Below are positions 11,234 to 24,221 of a DNA stretch of 64,000 nucleotides, piece by piece; position 1 is the stretch's first letter, and each line of letters begins with the position of its first letter. The notes beneath the pieces are model-generated. The model saw only the letters and a program-made list of their open reading frames with translations. It searched no databases and was not told the origin of the DNA. The stretch lies in the NCBI RefSeq assembly GCF_006345805.1, contig NC_043009.1, positions 35,836,001 through 35,900,000 on the forward strand. Reading direction: 5' to 3'. The stretch is from Octopus sinensis (lineage: Eukaryota). The translations under genes and the position numbers were made by a program.

Positions 11234-11358
11234 ACTCAATAAGTCTTCTTATCGCCAAAATCGGCTACACGACTTTCCTCGCTAGTTATCAAGGTATGAA
11301 AAATGATGTAGCCTTTGTGTAAAAGTATTGTACGTTGGGTGTGGGATATTACTACAAC

Positions 11359-11408
<50 letters not shown>

Positions 11409-11409
11409 C

Positions 11410-12380
11410 TAATAAATTTGGAGAAGCTAACTGAATTTTGAATGGCGTAGTGAGAAACTCATTAAAATATTCGGGTACCAGACGATCTTTTGAAGTTTAA
11501 AAGAGTAAACTGCGAAAGTGAGTGAAGAAAGAGAATTTTTAATTTAAAAAGACCGAGGAAACAGAATACTAAAAAAAAATCACAGATAATGAAGAAAGCT
11601 GCCTAAAGAGAGGGATATGGGTGTAGTAAGAATAATTCCAAGTATGACATCAATAAATTGGTAAATTCATAGGGTGGTAGAATTGGTAAAGTAGATTAAA
11701 TTGCATTCGTTTAGTTGCTGAGATCAACATCGTTAGGTTATTATTCAGACTATTAATATGTTGGCACTATTCTTGAACTATTGTATTGCAGTTGTAGTCG
11801 AAAAGAACGTACTAAAACCAGCTGAGAATTCAACGTGACTGATACTGAAATTTATAAGAATTTAAGAGAGAATTTTATACAATTGAAATTGCTAATAATA
11901 TTGTGGGAACCTTTTATAGCAAGAAATTTCATATTCATCGTATTCATTCATAACAATATTTTCATTGGTGTTAAGAATTATAGTTGGCTTTCAAGTTGGA
12001 ATTACGTTTGAAGTATATATAGTTATGTAGGCCTGCGTTGGAATAAACGGGAATTAATAAAATTTTCATTAAAGTTAATTTTAGCAAGTTGATTATTTAT
12101 TAGATTTTCAGGTAATTATTATTGGTAGATGGCATAAACAGTAGCTTGAGTTATGGCTTTTCTCTGTGGAACAATTATATATTCATGAAAAATTATACTA
12201 ACTTCAAGAGTAAAATTACAAAATAGGCTTTAGGAGGGTGTGTTTAGATATATCAGATTATAGCATGATATGACATATCATCTAACATGTGGTATGATAA
12301 ATTATCATATGGATAGTGAAATATGGTATATTTATTATAATAGAAAGACAAGCAATACCAGTGTATCTATTTGAACGAGT
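11410..12380 (-). pseudogene. Very decayed PLE reverse transcriptase remnant
   Basis: Frameshifted IDV..YYTHIP (cf. FDVxSLYTNIP) followed by GTRI..HYAI (cf. GTxMAPxYAN) in the expected order. Signal is weak. Confidence 0.35.
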
Positions 12381-12651
12381 GTATTTATTTGAAAAGTTTT
12401 ATATTCAATTTACGTTATGCGATCAAGTCACATCTTTACAGCTATTTATGCCACTTAACTAGCTGATTGTTTATATATTACGCTATTTATGAAAATGAGT
12501 GATATATAGAACATAAGAGTGTTACATTTTACGGGAGGAAAATTCTATGGGAGTTTTGATACACATATGCATATATACACACAGACATGTATGTACATAT
12601 ATAGATACACACACACGCGCGGGCACACACATATATATATATGTATATATA

Positions 12652-12728
<77 letters not shown>

Positions 12729-12904
12729 TATATAATATCTCTCCCAACTAAATATGAACACACACTCAATACAGAATATCACTAACCCTTCAATTTAAAC
12801 CACTAACCCCTATACACTTCCTACACCACTCGCATCTCTAAATCCAGAACTACTTACCTCCCTTACAAATAATCTTTTTTTTTCTCAGGAATACACCGTG
12901 TATT

Positions 12905-12940
12905 AGCGATGAATAGAATTTGTGGAAACCATGGTTCGCT
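12905..12940 (+). ncRNA. Hammerhead relic (5' core deleted)
   Basis: AGCG-AUGA-AUAGAAUUUGUG-GAAAC-CAUG-GU-U-CGCU. Stem I is AGCG/CGCU and ACCAUGGU is palindromic, but CUG is missing. Confidence 0.4.
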
Positions 12941-13169
12941 TTGTTTTCTGACTTTATAATCATCTTATAATCATCTCATAATAGTGACTTTTATGACTTT
13001 TATTACTACCTCAGTCCATCTGAGTGTATATATTTGTCGTTACCGGTCATTAAAAGCCTTTTTGTATTTGGAATGTGCATTTTCGTTGATTTTTTATATT
13101 TTACCCTTACATTTCCACGTGTATTTTATATTTTATATTTTATATTCTCTTTTTGTAACATATTTCTAC

Positions 13170-13215
<46 letters not shown>

Positions 13216-13350
13216 TGTATGCATATTTTTTATAAAAAGAAATTAAAACTTTGTGAAATGAAGGCATTTCACTTCCTCTTTTTTATGTTTTCCAAATACT
13301 TCCACTTCATAATTTTGCCATGATTTTACAAAGAGTGCAAGTTATAACCA

Positions 13351-13576
13351 GCATTGCTAGAAATAAGAGCTAAAATAACTCTTAGCCACAAAAAAGACCA
13401 TTTTCTATTCAATAGAGCACCTTCTATTCACTGACATGGAAGATAGCTTCATAGAATATAAACTCGCTTTCTGTGGGAAGGCTGTCTCCTCTGTCAGTAA
13501 ATAGAAAGTGCTCTGTTGAGCAGAAAATGCTCTGTTCGTGGCTATGAATTATTTTGACTCTTATTTTTAGCAATGC
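13351..13576. mobile_element. Palindromic MITE-like element (226 bp)
   Basis: Left gcattgctagaaataagagctaaaataactcttagccac vs reverse complement of right gcattgctaaaaataagagtcaaaataattcatagccac. Arms pair for about 100 bp. No clear TSD. Confidence 0.8.
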
Positions 13577-13632
13577 AGCTACTGACTTGCACTCTTAGTC
13601 ACTTTTAGTCACTATTGTAGTTATGTATGTAA

Positions 13633-13665
<33 letters not shown>

Positions 13666-13733
13666 AATACATATTTATATATATATATGTGTGTGTGCAT
13701 ATATATATGTATATATATACATATATATATATA

Positions 13734-13802
<69 letters not shown>

Positions 13803-14863
13803 ATGTATGTATGTATGTATGTATGTATGTATGTATGCATGTATGTATGTAGTTGTATGTGTACGCATATGTATACATAACATACACATATCAGTATAAA
13901 TGCGTTTCTGACATAACACTCTTCCAGAAGAAATTGTTGAGACTTCTCATCAATGCTCAGAGTCAATCCCAAGCTATTGTCGATCTCACCCTTAACTAAT
14001 CCTCTATAGAAGCCGATAATTGTTTTCCAGCTGTCGGCTTTCTTCGGTTTGTAGAATGCAGTAAACACCAGGCCATATTCCAGAAACTAAACGCCTTTAA
14101 TAAATATTAAAGTATGCTTACGGAATATTGCAATTAACTCAGTGGAACAAAAAACTAGTTTTAGGATTACACTCTTGTTAAGTATTAACGCAGATATCCT
14201 ATTCCTTTCTTTCAATTTCGTCCGTCCATAAACTTGCTTTCCCATTTTTGAATTTATTTATATGTTTTTTTTTCTTTTTATATCTTGTTTTTTATACTTC
14301 TTTTCCTTTGACTTTTTTAGATAATTATTTACTGGAATCTAATAATCTACTTTGTGTTTGTGAGCAGATTTTCTTTTAGAAAATAGAATATGAAAACATT
14401 GATGAAAGTACGACGTACGCCCACAAAAATATAAATAGAACAAATAAATGATTATTATTATTGTTTTTCTAACAACACTAATGAAAGTGCAATTATGTAT
14501 TTATTAAAATTATCTCTCTCTTTCCCCTCTCTTTCTTTCTCTCTCTTTTCCTCCTCTCTCTCTCTCTTTCTCTCTCTCTCCTTCTGATTAATCAAGAATT
14601 CATTGTTTACCTTGTTATTGTTTTAATTTCTTGTTATTGTTTTAATTTCTTGTTCTTGATTTGTTTGTTTGTTAATTGTTACTTTCCCTTATTATTTTGT
14701 ATTTTACAATAAAATAGTTTTCATTGAGGTGGGTGAAATAGGGAAATACCAAATCTCAGTTAAATCTTGAAACAAATTATCATCCACTTAATACCAATTC
14801 TTTTAACGAATATTGGCGCTGGATTTCTCTTGATACTACATTAACAATAATAATAATAGTAAT

Positions 14864-15114
14864 CCTTTCTACTAAAGGCAAAAGCTCTGAAATTTTGGGG
14901 AAGGAGACCAGTCGATTATATCGACCCCAGTATTTCACTGGTATTTAATTAATCGACACCGAAAGGATGAAAGGCAAAGTCGACCTCTGCGGAATTAGAA
15001 CTCAGAACGTAAGGACGAACGAAATGTTGTTAAGCATTTTGTCCGGCATTCTAATGATTCTGCCAGCTCGCCACTTCCATAATAATATTAGTAGTAGTAG
15101 TAGTAGTAGTAGTA

Positions 15115-15149
<35 letters not shown>

Positions 15150-15512
15150 TGGCACAAAGCCAACAATTTCGGGAATGTGGTAAAACGGTTACATCGCCTC
15201 CAAGGCTCTGCTGGTACTTATTATATCCACCTCAAAATGATGAAAGGCAAAGTCGACCTCGGCAGAATTAGAACTCAGAATGTAAGGACGGACGAAATGC
15301 CGTTAAGCATTTTGCCCGTCATCCTAATGGTTCTGCCAGCTCGCCATCTTAATAATAATCATTTCTACTATAGCAACAAGGCCTGAAATTTGTGGGGGAA
15401 GGGACTAGTAGATTATATCGATTCCCAGTGTTTCACTGGTACATAATTTATCGACACCGAAAGGATGAAAGGCAAAGTGGACCTCGGCGGAATTAGAACT
15501 CAGATCGTAAGG
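14864..15512 (-). mobile_element. Three adjacent OK-like SINE copies (14864-15076, 15151-15350, 15361-15512)
   Basis: Each has gatgaaaggcaaagt(c/g)gacctc..gaattagaactcag. They are separated by TAG/TAA tracts. Confidence 0.9.
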
Positions 15513-17019
15513 AGAGTAGCGGCATTAATTGGGTGCTGGTTGTAGTGGTAGTGGTGTTTACGCTGTTGGTTGCGATGACAGTTATGCCTCTGTTAGTCGT
15601 ATATTGTATTTTGTTTTACGATGTCAAAGTTCTGTAAGATCCATCACTACTGTGTACATGTGTGTTTCTCTAAATGCCAGGGTACATATGTGTATATGTC
15701 AATGTATTTGTGTATGTGTGTGAATGTTTGTAAGTAGGTTATAAAATTGAATTTTTGGAAATCAAACAACCATGTATTTCACGAAATCCCAAAGTTCCTC
15801 TGTTAACACTTAGAAAAATTGTATTTATTTTATTCTTATTTTCTTCACATATTTTATTGTTTATGCTCATATTCTAAATAGGTTTTAACATATCTTACTT
15901 TGATAGAAACTCTTGTTATAAATGTGATAGAATATCTCCCAAACTATTTTATGGACCCTGAGAGCTTTGAATGTTAAATACATCTTTATATCATATTTAT
16001 TTCATACACAAAAAGGGTTTTGGTTTGCTTTTCTTTCATTGATTTAGGTTTTTATTTACTTTCAACTTGAATAAAACACATCGTCATAATATTCGCTTCA
16101 AATATACCATTGCGTATTTATACTTATATTTTATGTGTGCCTAGATATATATATATGCGCGTGTATGCGTATGTGTGTGTATGCAAACACTCACACGCAC
16201 ACACACATATACATAATATACATACGTATTTTACACTTCACAATCGACATGTAGGTTTTAAATGTTTTCTGCTTCCTTTTAGAAATAGATGAAACTTAAA
16301 GTAAGATAAAAATTATATTATTTTATTATAAACAAACTACAAACTCTTATAATTTTAGTAGATGAGGTGAGAAATGAAGAAAATTATGTCAAACATTAGT
16401 GAGACAGTTTCGCAAGTTTGCAGAAGCTAATCCACAATAGAAACAGCTGATATCTAAGAATGACAATATTTATTAGTTTTAACGAGTTAAGATATATTTT
16501 ATGAGGAAGTGACATTGATGATTTCTTTGTATAGCTCAGTCAGGAAAAAAAAGAGAGTCTCAGGAGCCTGATAAACGCAGTTAGAGTTCGGTTCAATTTT
16601 GATGTGATTGTGCGGAGGATGTACTGCAGGGATCCGCGTCCAAAAAATAATTACGTTTCTAGTTTGTATCACGATCCTTAAAATAATGATTCTCTATCCA
16701 CAACCTAGCTTTCCTTAACTAAAAATATATGAGCCAAAAGTGAATGCCTCTACTGACTCACTCGATGAAGTAATATTAGAAATAGTAGGATGGTCATTAT
16801 TGAAATAACCAGAATTATAGTTCGGGTGCACTTAATCAGTGATTAGTTAAAGATAAACAGCAGCAATAACATCAGGTGCGAAAAGATAGATAACAGTGAA
16901 AAGAGTACACGTGCAAGTTGTCATACTCCATATAATGCAATTCAGCAGCTTGACATGTGGTAACGGAAAGGAACATGCGATATATAATTATGCGTGTGTT
17001 TGTGTGGGAATATGTATGT

Positions 17020-17620
17020 GCATGGTTCGTCACTTCATCCTATGTGGATATCCCCTCGCCACTCTCCACAGCGCTCTTGCCAGAGCACTTCCGTGGACCG
17101 TGCATCTGCTGGGCATGTCCCGCCACTTTATCCTGTGTGGATATCCCCTCACCACTCTCCACACCGCCCTTGCCATAGCACTTCTGTGGACCGTGCAGCT
17201 GCTCTCTCCCCCTGCACCCGCCTCGCCGTCACCCGTCTCCCGTTTCCCCTTATCTCTCCAACACCAGCCTCCTCACACGCGCCCATCATCGACCCTATCA
17301 TATCACTTACTCCTTCACCTACACTTCTAGCAACGTCACTTGCTGCATCTCATGCTCTCTGTCCTTCTCTATACATCGGTCAAACGAGAGCAGCTGGCTG
17401 ACCAGTTCGCGGGACACTTCCGAGACTCGGCAAAGACACCCCAGTCTTGCGCCATTTCCGCTCTACCGGTCACTCTTCACAACACATCTCTGTGTTTGGA
17501 TTGTCCTTGCACGGGGGCCATCCGGACTCCCGTCTTTGCCGTGAGCTGGATTTAATCTTCCCTCTTCGCTTCTTTGCGTCACATGGGATCAACTCTCCTC
17601 CCCTCTTCATCTAACCTTCC
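17020..17620 (+). pseudogene. PLE C-terminal region with GIY-YIG endonuclease (frameshifted)
   Basis: FILCGYPLTTLHTALA (RT thumb end), then SSNVTCCISCS.CPSLYIGQTR..LADQFAGHFRD...RHFRSTGHS...SVFGLSLH...ELDLIF...HGIN. A tandem duplication of about 100 bp lies at 17025-17200. Confidence 0.85.
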
Positions 17621-18240
17621 TCCTCTCCTCTCTTCCCCTCACACCAACTTCCTCACACCCACCTCTGCTCTCTTGCTTTGGCAACTACTTCCTCTCTTCA
17701 CTCCTACCCACCTTCTCCCTTCCATACTGTCCTCCATCGTTACCCACCCTACACATTTCAACCCTACCATGCCTATATATCCCATCTCAACCCAACCCGT
17801 CCCTTAGACCCTACCCCTGCTTCCCCCACTCTCGCTTCCCGCACACACTAGTACTGACCACTTCGCATGACCTACACCATCATCCACACAACTAGACATG
17901 CACACACGTCAAGGTCACCAGTCCCCTTCCACACACACACATACACTCTCTCACATACATACGTACGCGCCCCTTCGCTTTGGGATCACCACTACTTTAT
18001 TATCTCCCCTTCTTCCCAGCTCTCCTGTGTGACATCTCTGTCCAGGATTCGCCATGATAGATCGCTAGCCACTAAACCTTTTTCGATTTTCTCTCCCTCT
18101 TCCTTTCTGTGTTTCTTTCTCTCGAAGAGCGTAGGTTCAAAACGCAAAAGACTTTCTCACTTCCCGAGCGTTAAACTAATACATCTTTTCGTTGTTTACA
18201 CACCCGTCTTCGTCTTTTGTTTTTATGTAAATTATCACTA
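17620..18240 (+). mobile_element. 3' non-coding region/terminus of the same PLE
   Basis: C/T-rich tract ending in cgaagagcgtaggttcaaaacgcaaaagactttc...cccgagcgttaaactaatac...tatatata, shared with 219-330 and 20585-20740. Confidence 0.6.
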
Positions 18241-18287
18241 TGTATATATATATATATATATAGACATGTGTATATATATATATATAT

Positions 18288-19273
18288 ATATTGTTATATT
18301 TCGGAATGGTCATATTGCCAGTTTAGCCAATAAAAACACACGCACTATATATTTGGTGTTATTTTGCTTCAGTGATATCTATTTTTTACATTAATCTTAA
18401 TCTTATTTCGGCCAAAGTTCTTTCGTCACACTCCTGTGACCGCATCAGTGGTCCTTTGTTTTCTTCTCACTTACTTGTGTCTCTCCTTACTAACCGTCAG
18501 CCATTTTGTATTTCTATTGTATGTCTTCATTTGCGCATGCTTATATCTCTATGTGTGTCTATGTTTATTTAGTGTGTGTGTGGGGGGGATGCCTGTAATA
18601 TTTGTATCTTCTGGTTATATACATTCTTGTAATTTGTATTTTGTTTTTGTTGTTGTTGCTTTTGTTCTAATTTTGTTCATGTGTTTACATCCACCCATTA
18701 TTATCATTACATATGCTTGTATGTATGTATAACAACAATATTAGATATATTATTATTATTACTAATATTGTCGTTATACATACATACAAGCATATGTAAT
18801 GATAATAATGGGTGGATGTAAACACATGAACAAAATTAGAACAAAAGCAACAACAACAAAAACAAAATACAAATTACAAGAATGTATATAACCAGAAGAT
18901 ACAAATATTACAGGCATCCCCCCACACACACTAAATAAACATAGACGCACATAGAGATATAAGCATGCGCAAATGAAGACATACAATAGAAATACAAAAT
19001 GGCTGACGGTTAGTAAGGAGAGACACAAGTAAGTGAGAAGAAAACAAAGGACCACTGATGCGGTCACAGAGTGTGACGAAAGAACTTTGGCCGAAATAAG
19101 ATTAAGATTAATGTAAAAAATAATATCACTGAAGCAAAATAACACCAAATATATAGTGCGTGTGTTTTTATTGGCTAAACTGGCAATATGACCATTCCGA
19201 AATATAACAATATCTGTTTCAACACACGACTTCACATAAAAAAAAAAAATCTTGCACAACAAATATTTAAACG

Positions 19274-19274
<1 letters not shown>
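18288..19274. repeat. Near-perfect palindrome of a pLTR-like repeat (arms 18288-18744 and 18762-19213, 17-nt spacer)
   Basis: Arms differ only by a few indels and substitutions. The right arm extends to 19274. A third copy lies at 32911-33266. Confidence 0.95.
19049..19092 (+). ncRNA. Non-canonical hammerhead-like motif (also on - strand at about 18409-18454 and 33087-33128)
   Basis: GG-A-CCA-CUGAUGC-G-GUCAC-AGAGU-GUGAC-GAA-AG-AA-CU-U-UGG-CC. A9 is replaced by C, stem III is 2 bp, stem I is bulged. Confidence 0.4.
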
Positions 19275-19304
<30 letters not shown>

Positions 19305-19672
19305 TATATTATATATATATATATATATATACACATGTCTCTCTCTCTCTCTTTCTCTCTGTGTATATACATATATATGTATGTAGAGGTATATATACAT
19401 ACATACATACATACATACATGCACACATGCATACATACATACATACATGCATACATACATACATAATACATACATACATACATCATACATACATACATAC
19501 ATACATACATACATACATACACACGTACGTACGTATGCACTTATAAACGTACACAGAGAAAGAGAACGACAGAGAGACACACACAGACAGACAAACATAG
19601 ACATTGGTCAACTCGAAAAGAGCTAACTTATTGCTTTGCAATAACAACTGTAATTTCAACAGCAGTTACATT

Positions 19673-20156
19673 TCGTATCATATCAACTTTCACTTAACGA
19701 AATATTAGGAATCTATTTTCGATGATAACGGCTGAGTATAATGCTGGAAGTATCCATGAATAAGGAACCTTTATAAATCTTTACAATCACTTCTCCTTAT
19801 CTGATCTTCTCCATTTCTCTCGGTTTATCCACTTCACATTAATATCCACAACAGTCTATGTTTGAAGATTATTAAAAAATAAACTTAATTACTAATGCTC
19901 CTTTTCACCCTGTTGATGGCAGTGAAAAGTTAATAATTTGATAGCTTCCTCTCACACACTTGACACATGTGATTCATCACGTGTAAACTAATAAATGACA
20001 CAATATGTTGACCTCAATTGTTATCGTTTATCAACTAATTGATATTCAGTATCAAAAGCGATTTTCAATCAAACACTCGACCAACTGTTCGTGTGTGATG
20101 AATTACATTATAGTGTAATGATGTTTCCGCTGAAATCAGATGAGAGAATGAAGGAG
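19673..20156. repeat. Complex non-coding segment duplicated at 8920-9449 (copy 2)
   Basis: See copy 1. Confidence 0.9.
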
Positions 20157-20246
20157 TTTCAAGTGGAATTCCTGCATTCACATGCATATAAACATATACA
20201 AAGAGTATATATGCATACACACACATATATACACACACACACACGT

Positions 20247-20322
<76 letters not shown>

Positions 20323-20334
20323 ATATTATATACA

Positions 20335-20782
20335 CTGTTGTGTCTAGGGAGAGTCATTCTCTTTTAGTGCCTTATAATTTAACACACTCATTTACTTATT
20401 TATTTCTCTAAAATTCTCGTTGCTTCTTGCAACCTTTTAAAAGAGTTGTGCGTTATTCAAGCTGCATTCATTTTGTTTGTTTGTGCGTATGAGCGTCCAA
20501 TAATATTATATTTGTTTCACGTCCTCGCGTTGTTGTTTTTTTCTGCTTTCTTGTTTGGATTAACTATATATATATGTATATATATTTATATATATATAGT
20601 TCAGATTTCTAGAAAATAAATGACAATGAGAGAACAACAACGTGGTGTGTTAGTTTGACGCTTGGGAATACAGGAAAAGTCTTTGACATTTCGATCTTAT
20701 TCTCTTCGACAAAAAAGCTTGAGAGGAAAAGTGTTCAGAACATATCCATATATACATATATACATACATATATATATATGTA

Positions 20783-20862
<80 letters not shown>

Positions 20863-20863
20863 G

Positions 20864-20918
<55 letters not shown>

Positions 20919-20923
20919 TATTA

Positions 20924-20971
<48 letters not shown>

Positions 20972-21813
20972 TATTATATATATATATATAATTCATATCA
21001 TAAGGGCACATGAGACTGCCTGTCTACTAGATATATGTGTTAAAACCCTCATTAAGCCACCAATAATAACACTGAAAATAACAACAGTATTCGGGAAATG
21101 GCTATATAGTACTAATTTAGGGCAGCAACTACTTATATTATTATTGCTGTTATTATCAATTATTTATGTTGCTCTCGATAATAATAACAATAATAATATG
21201 TACATAAATATCTACATAAATATATATACAGGCGGATAGGTACATAGGAGATTTGAGCTGACAAGCACACATACACACATATGCAATTGAAGACTGAAGC
21301 ACATGACCATATACACACACACTTCACTCACACAAGGACACATATGGAGGCACAGGTCCACAAATGTGGAGATACACATCCATACATACAGACACGGTAC
21401 ATAGTCATAAAACACCATGCAAACACACACGCACACACACTCAGACAGGCACACACAAGGAGACAGAAGAACACACACACACATGCAAACACACACATAC
21501 ACGTAAAAACACACAAACACATGAATATGCAGAATACATACATACATAAATATATATATACGCGCACACACGTACATACATTCATACACACACTTACATG
21601 CACGCATACATACATACATACATACATGTGTATGCGTGCTCACACTGACCCACACACATGCGCACAAACAAGCAAAAGGAATGCAGCTTGAATAACGCAC
21701 AACTATTGAAAAGATTGCAAGACGCAACGAAAATGTTAGAAAAAATATATAAGTAAATGAGTGTGTTAAATTATAAGGCACTAAAAGAGAATGACTCTCC
21801 CTAGACACAACAG
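20335..21813. repeat. Spaced inverted repeat (arms about 20335-20490 and 21658-21813) bounded by TA tracts
   Basis: ctgttgtgtctagggagagtcattctcttttagtgccttataatttaacacactcatttactta is present in both arms in opposite orientation. Confidence 0.9.
20585..20740 (-). mobile_element. PLE-terminus repeat, reverse copy
   Basis: Reverse complement gtcgaagagaataagatcgaaatgtcaaagacttttcc...cccaagcgtcaaactaacac matches 18120-18240. Confidence 0.6.
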
Positions 21814-23102
21814 TATATATATATATATATATATATACATATATAAAGGGTTTAAAGACCAAGCAGTACTCATAGAAATCTCCGTATGGTGATCTAGATC
21901 TCTGTGTGTATGTATAGGTAAATGTGTTTGGGGGATCGACCTTGAACTTTGTAAATCATTATAGCTTGACATTTTAACATCCTCTTGTGTCCATTTGTCA
22001 TAGTGCGTTTATGTCTGCAAACTCACTACCTGAAGTGCGGTCTTGTTTAACCATTAGCTTTCATGATCTTTTCTTTTGGTATTCCTCTCGCCACACTTTT
22101 GCAATTATTCTCAGGCTAATTTTTGCAAGCTTGTAGGTATTTATTTACTTTGTTTTACTTTAACTTATTTTTTTATCTATTTTTGTATTATTATCTTGTG
22201 TTAAAACGATCATGTATTATGCGTTTCTGATATCTCAAACAAGTACGACGTTAACAAGCAAATCAAATGTCATTTCGTATACAATGAACAGACACAGCTT
22301 AATTTGTCGGAGAGAGGCATTTAATCCACATAGAATGTTCTGATGAATAAGGTTATTCATTGTCACAATAGAATTAAAAGTACAAGTAAAGGGCACTTTA
22401 GCAACGATGATGAACCTGAATACAAATTTTAAAAAAACAGATGTAAATGTATGGAATAAATATCTTTTTCTCACTTCTAATATTATCATATCTTCATACA
22501 TACATACAGACATGCATACATACTGACATACATACATGTATACAAACATACATACATACATACATGCTTACATACATACATACATACATACATAATACAT
22601 ACATACATACATACATACATACATACATACATACATACATACATACATGTGTGTGCGAGTGGACAGACGAAGGAGAGAGGCACTCAATACATTTAGTAGG
22701 AGTTATAAATATTAAGTCTGATTCAGTTCCTTCCTTACAATTTAATGTTTCCTAGGCTCCTTACAGAAACTTAGCTCGTTCAGGCTCAGGTTATCGAATG
22801 GAGAGATACAGGAAGTCCAACATGGCTGTGAGAAAACTGGGCTGCTATTGATGAAAGTGGGTCACATTGTGTTGTTAGAAGTGAGATCGACATTTCAGCA
22901 ACACCAGATGTATTGCAAGGGATTTCTTGCTGGACAGAAAGCTGATGACATCTTGGTGTCTGACATGTCTTTGAAAGGACCTTGAAGATACTTAGAGGCC
23001 AGCAGAAACAGGCCTGGCAAGGCTACACGTATGTATATGAGATAAATGGGTGGAGGTAGGTACCTGATACCTATTCGTGTATATTAGCTAGGATATGCGT
23101 AC

Positions 23103-23430
23103 CTATCAGCTGTGCGTTGGTGCGTATCAGCCATGCAGGTGCATATCAGCCGTGCAGGTGCATATCAGCCGTGCAGGTGCATATCAGCCGTGTAAGTGCA
23201 GATCAGCCGTACAGGTGCATACCAGCCGTACAGGTGCATATCAACCGTGTATGTGCATATCAGTCGTACAGGTGCATATCAGCCGTGCAGGTGCATATCA
23301 GCCGTACAGGTGCATATCAGCCGTACAGGTGCATATCAGCCGTGCAAGTGCAGATCAGCCGTACAGGTGCATACCAGCCGTGCAGGTGCATATCAGCCGT
23401 ACAGGTGCATATCAGCCGTGCAGGTGTATA
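23103..23430. repeat. 19-bp minisatellite, about 17 units (GTGCATATCAGCCGTRCAG)
   Basis: Direct reading. No spacers. A period of 19 explains the repetitive ORFs in all three frames. Confidence 0.95.
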
Positions 23431-23756
23431 TGGCAGCTATGTATATCAGATGCATGTGTAAATTGGTAGTATGAGTGTGTGTGTGTGTATACTCAATGCA
23501 AGTGCGTTTGTGTCTGCTGTATACGCGTGTGTGAGCGAACGTGTTTAGGATGTATGTATAGGTGTGTGTGGATATGGATGATTGGTGAACGTATGTACAT
23601 TCCTGTATTTAAATGCGAACGTATGAAGGAGTCCATGCTTTTGTCTAGAAGAATACAATAGCGTGCGTACGTTTCCTTTTACCTTGTGCGCAGAAACATG
23701 TGTTGGTCCATAAACATATGTTGGCATCATAAATTTTGGAAAATTTTAAATAATGG

Positions 23757-23900
23757 TGTAGGCTCAGGCCTGGCTGCGTTGTAAGAAACCTGTTTACCAT
23801 TCATATCGTTTCAGGTGCAGTCTCACAGCGTGGCACATTGAGCAAGTTTCTATACTAGCCTCGAGTCGACTAACAGCATATGAGTGAATTTAGTAGACAC
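23757..23900 (+). mobile_element. Diverged OR-like SINE head
   Basis: ggcctggctgcgttgtaagaaacctg...cagtctcacagcgtggcacattgagcaagt...ctagcctcgagtcgac. Confidence 0.65.
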
Positions 23901-24127
23901 GCACTTGGCAATCGGTGAAAACGACGAATAGAATGAGTACCATGACCGCTTTTTTCATACCTTCAAATTTTACCATAAATCTAAATGCAACTTAATTAAC
24001 CTCAGAACACATATCCCAAACACCGCTTAGATAATAACCAACAACCCTAATTGACTTTCCAGTAATTTTTTAACTCTCCAGTCATATTTTAATTGTTTAA
24101 TACTATATGTATGCGGATGTATGTGCG

Positions 24128-24221
<94 letters not shown>

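Noticed and set aside
13990-14086. Candidate 97-nt minus-strand exon ([32 protein letters not shown]) with tttag acceptor and G|GTGAGA donor
   Set aside because: No recognisable homology or partner exons, and a weak polypyrimidine tract. It is consistent with chance.
18117-18152. Hammerhead at the PLE terminus (and its relative at about 20688-20720, minus strand)
   Set aside because: Only the 3' half resembles a hammerhead (hairpin plus (G/A)AAAY-GY-H-AAAG). The CUGA half is absent in both copies and this copy also lacks G12 and U16.1.
23103-23430. CRISPR-like array
   Set aside because: The units are contiguous with no unique spacers, there are no cas genes, and the context is eukaryotic.
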